Under the pieces are notes generated by a model. The model was given only the letters and a program-made list of their open reading frames with translations. It was not told the origin of the DNA and did no database searches. From a virus (lineage: Duplodnaviria > Heunggongvirae > Uroviricota > Caudoviricetes > Peduoviridae): a stretch of 31,694 nt of DNA. The translations under genes were made by a program, and so were the position numbers. The stretch spans positions 1-31,694 of IMG/VR virus record IMGVR_UViG_3300045988_104496; one strand, written 5' to 3'. This document shows, in pieces, positions 18,191 through 24,827 of this stretch; the first letter of the stretch is position 1; each line of letters begins with the position of its first letter.

Positions 18191-19963
18191 ATGACCATCA
18201 CCACAGACACCACTCTTTTACACGACCCGCGTCGTCAGGCGGCGCTGCTGTACTGGCAGGGGTTTTCCGTGCCGCAGATTGCCGCCATGTTGCAGATGAA
18301 ACGCCCGACGGTGCAGAGCTGGAAACAGCGCGACGGCTGGGACAGCGTTGCCCCCATCAGCCGTGTCGAAATGAGCCTGGAAGCGCGGCTGACCCAGCTC
18401 ATCATCAAACCGCAGAAAACCGGCGGTGACTTCAAGGAAATTGACCTGCTGGGACGCCAGATTGAACGACTGGCACGGGTAAACCGCTACAGCCAGACCG
18501 GCAACGAGGCAGACCTTAATCCGAACGTCGCTAACCGCAACAAAGGCGGGCGTCGCAAACCGAAAAAGAATTTTTTCAGTGACGAAGCCATCGAAAAGCT
18601 GGAGCAGATTTTCTTTGAGCAGTCTTTCGACTATCAGTTGCACTGGTATCGCGCCGGGCTTGAGCACCGCATCCGCGATATCCTGAAATCCCGCCAGATT
18701 GGCGCGACGTTTTATTTTTCCCGCGAGGCACTGCTGCGCGCCCTGAAAACCGGTCATAACCAGATTTTTCTGTCGGCCAGTAAAACGCAGGCGTATGTGT
18801 TCCGCGAATACATCATCGCCTTTGCCCGTCTGGTGGACGTTGACCTTACCGGTGACCCGATTGTCCTGGGCAATAACGGCGCAAAACTGATTTTTCTCGG
18901 CACCAACTCCAACACCGCGCAGAGCCATAACGGCGACCTGTACGTCGATGAGATTTTCTGGATCCCGAATTTTCAGGTACTGCGTAAGGTGGCATCAGGT
19001 ATGGCCTCACAGAGTCACCTGCGCTCGACCTATTTCTCCACCCCGTCCACGCTGGCGCACGACGCCTACCCGTTCTGGTCAGGTGAACTGTTCAACCGGG
19101 GACGTGCCAGCGCCGCCGAACGTGTGGAAATCGACGTCAGTCATAACGCCCTTGCCAGCGGGCTTCTCTGTGCGGACGGCCAGTGGCGGCAGATTGTCAC
19201 CATTGAGGACGCCCTGAAAGGCGGCTGCACACTGTTCGACATTGAGCAGCTCAAACGTGAAAACAGCGCCGACGATTTTAAAAACCTGTTCATGTGTGAA
19301 TTTGTTGACGACAAGGCGTCGGTGTTCCCGTTCGAGGAGCTGCAACGCTGCATGGTCGACACGCTGGAAGAATGGGAAGACTATGCACCCTTTGCCGCCA
19401 ATCCGTTCGGCTCCCGCCCGGTATGGATTGGTTACGACCCGTCACACCGTGGCGACAGTGCCGGATGCGTGGTGCTGGCACCGCCGGTGGTGGCCGGTGG
19501 CAAATTCAGAATACTTGAGCGTCACCAGTGGAAAGGCATGGACTTTGCCACTCAGGCTGAATCCATCCGCAAACTCACCGAAAAATACAACGTCGAATAC
19601 ATCGGTATTGATGCCACCGGCCTCGGTGTCGGCGTGTTCCAGCTCGTGCGCTCGTTCTATCCCGCCGCGCGCGATATCCGCTACACACCGGAAATGAAAA
19701 CCGCAATGGTGCTCAAGGCAAAAGACGTTATCCGCCGTGGCTGTCTGGAATATGACGTCAGCGCCACCGACATCACCAGCTCGTTTATGGCTATCCGCAA
19801 GACCATGACCAGCAGCGGACGCAGCGCCACTTATGAGGCCAGCCGCAGCGAGGAAGCCAGCCACGCCGACCTCGCCTGGGCGACCATGCACGCCCTGTTA
19901 AATGAGCCACTCACCGCCGGTATCAGCACCCCGCTGACATCCACCATTCTGGAGTTTTACTGA
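18191..19963 (+). CDS. P: Terminase large (ATPase) subunit gpP
   Basis: Starts MTITTDTTLLHDPRRQAALLYWQGFSVPQIAAMLQ..., which I recognise as the P2 gpP N-terminus; GAGG 5 nt upstream of this ATG. The six-frame ORF begins 10 codons earlier. Confidence 0.9.
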   Translation: MTITTDTTLLHDPRRQAALLYWQGFSVPQIAAMLQMKRPTVQSWKQRDGWDSVAPISRVEMSLEARLTQLIIKPQKTGGDFKEIDLLGRQIERLARVNRYSQTGNEADLNPNVANRNKGGRRKPKKNFFSDEAIEKLEQIFFEQSFDYQLHWYRAGLEHRIRDILKSRQIGATFYFSREALLRALKTGHNQIFLSASKTQAYVFREYIIAFARLVDVDLTGDPIVLGNNGAKLIFLGTNSNTAQSHNGDLYVDEIFWIPNFQVLRKVASGMASQSHLRSTYFSTPSTLAHDAYPFWSGELFNRGRASAAERVEIDVSHNALASGLLCADGQWRQIVTIEDALKGGCTLFDIEQLKRENSADDFKNLFMCEFVDDKASVFPFEELQRCMVDTLEEWEDYAPFAANPFGSRPVWIGYDPSHRGDSAGCVVLAPPVVAGGKFRILERHQWKGMDFATQAESIRKLTEKYNVEYIGIDATGLGVGVFQLVRSFYPAARDIRYTPEMKTAMVLKAKDVIRRGCLEYDVSATDITSSFMAIRKTMTSSGRSATYEASRSEEASHADLAWATMHALLNEPLTAGISTPLTSTILEFY

Positions 19964-20997
19964 TGAGCAAGAAAAAAGGGAAAACACCGCAACCTGCGGC
20001 AAAAAAAATGACCGCCAGCGCCCCGAAAATGGAGGCATTCACCTTTGGTGAGCCGGTGCCGGTGCTCGACCGCCGTGACATTCTGGATTACGTCGAATGT
20101 ATCAGTAACGGCAGATGGTATGAGCCGCCGGTCAGCTTTACCGGTCTGGCAAAAAGCCTGCGTGCTGCCGTGCATCACAGCTCACCGATTTACGTCAAAC
20201 GTAATATTCTGGCTTCAACGTTTATCCCGCACCCGTGGCTTTCCCAGCAGGATTTCAGCCGCTTTGTGCTGGATTTTCTGGTGTTCGGTAATGCGTTTCT
20301 GGAAAAGCGTTACAGCACCACCGGTAAGGTCATCAGACTGGAAACCTCACCGGCAAAATATACCCGCCGTGGCGTGGAGGAGGATGTTTACTGGTGGGTG
20401 CCGTCCTTCAACGAGCCGACAGCCTTCGCGCCCGGCTCCGTGTTTCACCTGCTGGAGCCGGATATTAATCAGGAGCTGTACGGCCTGCCGGAATATCTCA
20501 GCGCCCTTAACTCTGCCTGGCTGAATGAGTCGGCCACGCTGTTCCGCCGCAAGTATTACGAAAATGGCGCACATGCCGGATACATCATGTACGTCACCGA
20601 TGCCGTGCAGGATCGCAACGATATCGAAATGCTTCGCGAAAACATGGTGAAGTCGAAAGGCCGCAACAACTTTAAAAACCTGTTTCTCTATGCCCCGCAG
20701 GGGAAAGCCGACGGCATTAAAATTATCCCGCTCAGTGAAGTGGCGACGAAGGACGATTTTTTTAATATCAAAAAAGCCAGCGCCGCTGACCTGCTGGACG
20801 CACACCGCATCCCCTTTCAGTTGATGGGTGGCAAGCCGGAGAACGTCGGGTCACTGGGTGATATTGAGAAAGTGGCAAAGGTCTTTGTCCGCAATGAGCT
20901 AATCCCGTTACAGGACAGGATTCGGGAAATAAACGGCTGGCTCGGCCAGGAGGTCATCCGCTTTAAAAACTACTCACTGGACACTGACAACGGCTGA
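19963..20997 (+). CDS. Q: Portal protein gpQ
   Basis: 344-aa ORF, P2 Q size; its ATG overlaps the P stop (ATGA). Confidence 0.9.
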   Translation: MSKKKGKTPQPAAKKMTASAPKMEAFTFGEPVPVLDRRDILDYVECISNGRWYEPPVSFTGLAKSLRAAVHHSSPIYVKRNILASTFIPHPWLSQQDFSRFVLDFLVFGNAFLEKRYSTTGKVIRLETSPAKYTRRGVEEDVYWWVPSFNEPTAFAPGSVFHLLEPDINQELYGLPEYLSALNSAWLNESATLFRRKYYENGAHAGYIMYVTDAVQDRNDIEMLRENMVKSKGRNNFKNLFLYAPQGKADGIKIIPLSEVATKDDFFNIKKASAADLLDAHRIPFQLMGGKPENVGSLGDIEKVAKVFVRNELIPLQDRIREINGWLGQEVIRFKNYSLDTDNG

Positions 20998-21002
20998 ACA
21001 TC

Positions 21003-21024
21003 GCCGCCTGCGGGCGGCTTTTTT
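21003..21024 (+). terminator. Rho-independent terminator after Q
   Basis: gccgcc-tgcg-ggcggc followed by TTTTTT, 6 nt after the Q stop. Confidence 0.7.
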
Positions 21025-21166
21025 ACACCCCGTCATCACGCCCTCACACGCTCACCACCGCACAAAACACCCCGCAGACACACCAACGCCCTAGCAGGCC
21101 AAGTAAACGCCTTCACGACGCGCTCAGACGCTGAAAAAATAAAATCCGCACCACCGCCAGCGCGCA

Positions 21167-21185
21167 GTGCTTTCCCCGCCTCGCC
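21167..21185 (-). other. cos: cos site (19-nt P2 cohesive end)
   Basis: Plus strand gtgctttccccgcctcgcc is the exact reverse complement of the P2 cohesive end GGCGAGGCGGGGAAAGCAC as I remember it; position next to Q is as in P2. Confidence 0.7.
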
Positions 21186-21509
21186 CGCCCGCTTCATAGG
21201 GCGCTTTTAATGCAATTGCATTAAAACACAGTAACCGCATCAACACTGGTAACAAACATGGAAAAGCATGGCAACTAACACACGCAAAAAAATGCACTTA
21301 ATGAATGCAGTAATAAAAATCTCAGGAAATTGACAATTCATTTATTTTTTCAAAATCCCAGTTAGTTAAAGGCTCGCTATCATTACAAGCAATCAAAAAA
21401 TGTCTTAGCTCTAACAGCAAGTAGTAATAGTAGTTGCCACCAACAAGCGTTAACATTACCATAACAAACAACAAGCATTCCTACACCTACATCAGATGAA
21501 CAGGTAATT

Positions 21510-22874
21510 ATGATTAATTTAATTATGGGTGGTTTTCCCGACCACTACGACCACTGGAAACCATTCAGCCAAAATAATGGAGAATTCTCATTTCTTTTAT
21601 CACGAATGTTTGAAAACACCTCCGATGGTATTCGCAAAAAACTATCCCCATTAAGCAGCAATGTACTATCTTATCTTGAAAAACTCCCAACAATATTCAT
21701 GAGTGAAGCTTATCAAATAGAGGGAGCAAAACCTTATTATGTCGACATACGAATTGGAAGAATTTCAAATATTCACATTAAGGGAAAAGAAATCAACTTC
21801 CAATTTGCAATCACCCATACACACAATGAAATCAAAATATCAGACGCCAAAAGTGTTGAAAGCAGTTTAGAACTCGGAACTTATGGCCTTAAAAGAACAC
21901 ACTGGGCCATAAAAGACAAAAATATAGATGATATCCTTAAGACATTTGGTATTAACCAAAATGCACAAGTGGATAGCAGTCCAGCGCCTCTCCCAGACGA
22001 AGATAGCACATTATTAACCGTAAATAGTTTACAAGAATTTATTGAAAAAGTTCTCCATATAACAGCAGATATGGATGAGGAGATTTTTTACAGGGGTCAT
22101 TCAGATTCATCTTATGAACTTGCACCATCTCTTTTCAGAAAATATGAAAATGGGAACTATAAATTTCTACATAATGAAATCAACCTTGTTAAAGAAGCAT
22201 TGAGCGCAAGACCCTCAGAATTCATTGATGATACATCAATGCTTGATAAACTTGTAAGAATGCAACATTATGGCATACCTACTCGCTTACTTGACATCAC
22301 ATCAAATCCATTAATTGCACTTTATTTTGCATGCAGTAGTATAAATTCCGACAAAAACGATATCGATGGTCAAGTAATAATATTTAAAACACACAGAGAG
22401 AACATTAAATTTTTCGATTCCGACACTGTCAGTTGCATATCTAATTTATGCATGCTATCAAAAGACATGAAAGACAAGCTTTCTTTCGAAGAAAGAAATA
22501 ATGATTTTAACAACTCTCATGCTTGCCTTAAACTCTTAGAATCCATAAAGCATGAAAAACCATATTTTCAAAGCATAATAAATCCAGATGATTTGGAAAA
22601 GATAATTTTTGTAAAAAGCAGGATAAATAATGAAAGAATATCATCTCAATCCGGTGCCTTTTTATTATTCGGTAATAACGCCGTTTTTCCTGAGATATCC
22701 AACGATCAGGCAGATAATTCACCATACAACTTTAAGACAGAAAAAATAAACATCAGAGACAAAAAGAAAATTTTAAAAGAACTTGCCGTGCTCAATATTA
22801 CTGATGCCACTGTATATTTAGGATTGGAAAGAACAATGAAACTAATCACAGAAAAATACACATTAAAAAATTAG
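21510..22874 (+). CDS. FRG-domain protein, function unknown; candidate anti-phage cargo gene
   Basis: 454-aa ORF in a strongly AT-rich island. Contains the two FRG-domain signature blocks, EEIFYRGHSDSSYELAPSLFR and LVRMQHYGIPTRLLDITSNPLIALYFAC, recognised from memory of the Pfam FRG family. AGGT 6 nt before the ATG. Sits where P2 has old/tin. Confidence 0.65.
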   Translation: MINLIMGGFPDHYDHWKPFSQNNGEFSFLLSRMFENTSDGIRKKLSPLSSNVLSYLEKLPTIFMSEAYQIEGAKPYYVDIRIGRISNIHIKGKEINFQFAITHTHNEIKISDAKSVESSLELGTYGLKRTHWAIKDKNIDDILKTFGINQNAQVDSSPAPLPDEDSTLLTVNSLQEFIEKVLHITADMDEEIFYRGHSDSSYELAPSLFRKYENGNYKFLHNEINLVKEALSARPSEFIDDTSMLDKLVRMQHYGIPTRLLDITSNPLIALYFACSSINSDKNDIDGQVIIFKTHRENIKFFDSDTVSCISNLCMLSKDMKDKLSFEERNNDFNNSHACLKLLESIKHEKPYFQSIINPDDLEKIIFVKSRINNERISSQSGAFLLFGNNAVFPEISNDQADNSPYNFKTEKINIRDKKKILKELAVLNITDATVYLGLERTMKLITEKYTLKN

Positions 22875-22982
22875 CATTCCATAACCAAAATATCTCCATA
22901 CTTCCCCGCAGAAATTAAGGCTACGGGGAAATAACATCAGTAAGTATCTTAAGAACAATATAATCACTTACAGGAACCTGTA

Positions 22983-23960
22983 TTAAAGTGCAGTACTTGC
23001 TTTTAATGTAAGCACCTTTGATCTATAACGTTGTTCAATTACCCCCATAGAATGCAATCGTCCAAATAACTTTTTGGCAGTATGAGTTTCTCTTGCACAC
23101 GCTGCATCCTTTATCATTTTCCAATATTCAATTTCTTGAGACATTAAAAGATGCTGCTTATTCCTGACTTTTAAAGAACCGCCCAAAACAATAACACCTG
23201 TTACCAACTTAGGCTTTTCTCTACTATAAATTTTTGTTTTATCCGCATGCATCACATGACCATGCTTATTTATTATTTTGCGAATCACTGAACAAAATAG
23301 TCTATTAACGTTTTGTCCTGAAAAAGTTAGATCATCAACATAAACAGACATATTTACGTGTAGTTTATTACAAAGTTGGTGTATTTCTCCGAACATTCTT
23401 GAATTTGCAAAATATGCAAGAGGCATACTAATCCTGCTACCTGTAGGCAAACGCCCATAGCAAGTACATATATACGATAATACATCCGCAACATCAGATG
23501 ACATCTTCATAACAGAAAAAAAGAATGAAAATATCATTTCTCTAGTAGTTGATGGAAAAAAAGCCCTGATGTCGGTTGTCATCAACCTTTCATTATTAAG
23601 GTGGATTTTAGCATTAGTAACATTAGAACATCCCTTCTTTCCAGAATGTAGATAATCTGGCAAGGTAATTCGCGATAGCAGACTTGCAATACGAGTATGC
23701 ACCACATCTAATTTTTCTAATGGTTTTTGTATCTTACGTGGCTTTCCGTTTTTAGATAACTGTTCAAAAATAGAATAATTGCCTTCATCTTTTTTTAAGG
23801 TTGATAAATCCCCTACATCAACCCCCAATAAAGAAGCCAATTTCCTTTTACTTCTCATTTTATAAAACGGCGAATCAATTATATCGTAAGATTTATTTTT
23901 AGTGGAAATTTTGAGTTTTATTCGTCTTTTCATTTTTCTTATTCGCCCACTCAATAACAT
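22983..23960 (-). CDS. Retron-type reverse transcriptase (start codon uncertain)
   Basis: Contains the retron RT hallmarks in order: NAxxH (VTNAKIHL), motif A (TDIRAFFPS), motif B-like LPTGSRISMPLAYFANS, catalytic YVDD (SVYVDDLTF) and the retron VTG motif (KLVTGVIV). Overall length and N-terminal pattern resemble Ec86-class RTs as I remember them. Alternative starts at 23933 (MKRRIK) or 23858 (MRSKRK); none has a strong Shine-Dalgarno. Confidence 0.8.
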   Translation of the reverse strand: MLLSGRIRKMKRRIKLKISTKNKSYDIIDSPFYKMRSKRKLASLLGVDVGDLSTLKKDEGNYSIFEQLSKNGKPRKIQKPLEKLDVVHTRIASLLSRITLPDYLHSGKKGCSNVTNAKIHLNNERLMTTDIRAFFPSTTREMIFSFFFSVMKMSSDVADVLSYICTCYGRLPTGSRISMPLAYFANSRMFGEIHQLCNKLHVNMSVYVDDLTFSGQNVNRLFCSVIRKIINKHGHVMHADKTKIYSREKPKLVTGVIVLGGSLKVRNKQHLLMSQEIEYWKMIKDAACARETHTAKKLFGRLHSMGVIEQRYRSKVLTLKASTAL

Positions 23961-24231
23961 CTAATACTTTACCAGCTAAATTTAAACGGAAACGCTTAGA
24001 TAAACGCCCCTGCGTACCTAACGATTCTGAAAAAAATACTAAAGAAGATACCGGCATATCGAAATGGGAGGCGTAACGCTGTAAAACATCAATTGTAGGC
24101 GACCAAACCCCACTTTCGAGTTCTACTATTTTTTCTTTTGGAATACCTAAAGATGTTGATAAATCAACCAATGACTCTTTATGGTATTGCCTTATTAAAC
24201 GAAGGGCTCTGTGTAACATAGGCAACTCCAT
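23899..24231 (-). CDS. XRE-family helix-turn-helix protein, directly upstream of the RT gene
   Basis: LHRALRLIRQYHKESLVDLSTSLGIPKEKIVELESGVWSPTIDVLQRYASHFDMPVSSL fits the Cro/C1-type HTH pattern. The likely true start is the second Met at 24219, which has GGAG 6 nt upstream. The 3' end overlaps the longest RT reading frame. Confidence 0.65.
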   Translation of the reverse strand: MELPMLHRALRLIRQYHKESLVDLSTSLGIPKEKIVELESGVWSPTIDVLQRYASHFDMPVSSLVFFSESLGTQGRLSKRFRLNLAGKVLDVIEWANKKNEKTNKTQNFH

Positions 24232-24255
24232 GCTATTGAAACTAGGGAGGACGCA

Positions 24256-24411
24256 TTACTCATCACCCCCTTCAAAGTAGTCCAGTGCTCGAGTGGCTAA
24301 ATCAAACAGTCTAATACCCCATTTGATTAATTTCCAAACATAACCAGCCCACTTTTTCAGGTTTGACTTGTTCTGCGCCTGCTGTTCGTTGGTTAATTTA
24401 TCATTCTTCAT
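24256..24411 (-). CDS. Small ORF (51 aa) with a consensus Shine-Dalgarno; hypothetical small protein
   Basis: AAGGAG, a 6-nt spacer, then ATG at 24411; encodes MKNDKLTNEQQAQNKSNLKKWAGYVWKLIKWGIRLFDLATRALDYFEGGDE with a Trp-rich amphipathic segment. The 3' arm of the upstream hairpin (CATAAG) abuts and partly overlaps the SD. Confidence 0.4.
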   Translation of the reverse strand: MKNDKLTNEQQAQNKSNLKKWAGYVWKLIKWGIRLFDLATRALDYFEGGDE

Positions 24412-24660
24412 GATTTGCTCCTTATGCCCATAGTGTGCAAACGATATGTCTGCTCCAACACTATGGTTCGCCCTCATAAGGATGAGATTGAACAGCACTA
24501 GCCCCCTGCTCCACGAACCCTTGGTCGCCCAAAGGGTTCGAATACCCATACGCCATACCGCCTGATCCTGTGACTCTTGTCGCTGGCAGGGGCGTTGCGC
24601 GGGGTAAATGTTAGAAAGCGTTAACTTTCCACGGGTAAAGTTACCCAATTGATGGCGATG
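24412..24660 (-). ncRNA. GC-rich structured leader; candidate retron msr-msd ncRNA (boundaries not determined)
   Basis: A GC-rich patch inside an AT-rich island. On the minus strand there is a long imperfect hairpin of about 15 bp at 24421..24480, a 9-bp stem cgaaccctt/aagggttcg at 24514..24540, and further short hairpins at about 24612..24650. The only ORF covering it needs a TTG start and has odd amino-acid composition. No convincing a1/a2 inverted repeat pair was found by eye. Confidence 0.35.
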
Positions 24661-24827
24661 TATCTCACTAACTAACCAATGTTTGCATCATAACAAGTAA
24701 ACCGTTGTATTTGATCTCCCTATATATAATATTTTTTTATATTAAATAAACAATTAATAAATATTAAACATAAAACATATTAAAGCGACCTCCTCTATGC
24801 CTTCATTGCATTGAATTTTAACGTTTT
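24661..24827 (-). promoter_or_regulatory. AT-rich putative promoter region for the ncRNA/small ORF/HTH/RT operon
   Basis: Minus strand reads TTGTTT, a 17-nt spacer, then ATTATA/TATATA around 24745..24715, followed by gggagatcaaat... Positioned between the A stop and the structured leader. By-eye promoter call only. Confidence 0.3.

Noticed and set aside
18218-18928. 236-aa minus-strand ORF inside the terminase large subunit gene
   Set aside because: Antisense to gpP, no ribosome-binding site, and no place for it in the P2 gene order.
24534-24547. tRNA-like T-loop motif GGGTTCGAATACCC on the plus strand
   Set aside because: No acceptor stem, anticodon arm or D-arm could be built around it; more likely part of the structured RNA on the opposite strand.
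24256-24648. 130-aa ORF spanning the GC-rich patch upstream of the HTH gene
   Set aside because: It requires a TTG start, and its N-terminal two-thirds is Arg/Trp/Cys-rich in the way translated structured RNA tends to be. The only good ribosome-binding site is internal, in front of the last 51 codons. I treat it as a structured leader/ncRNA plus a small ORF.
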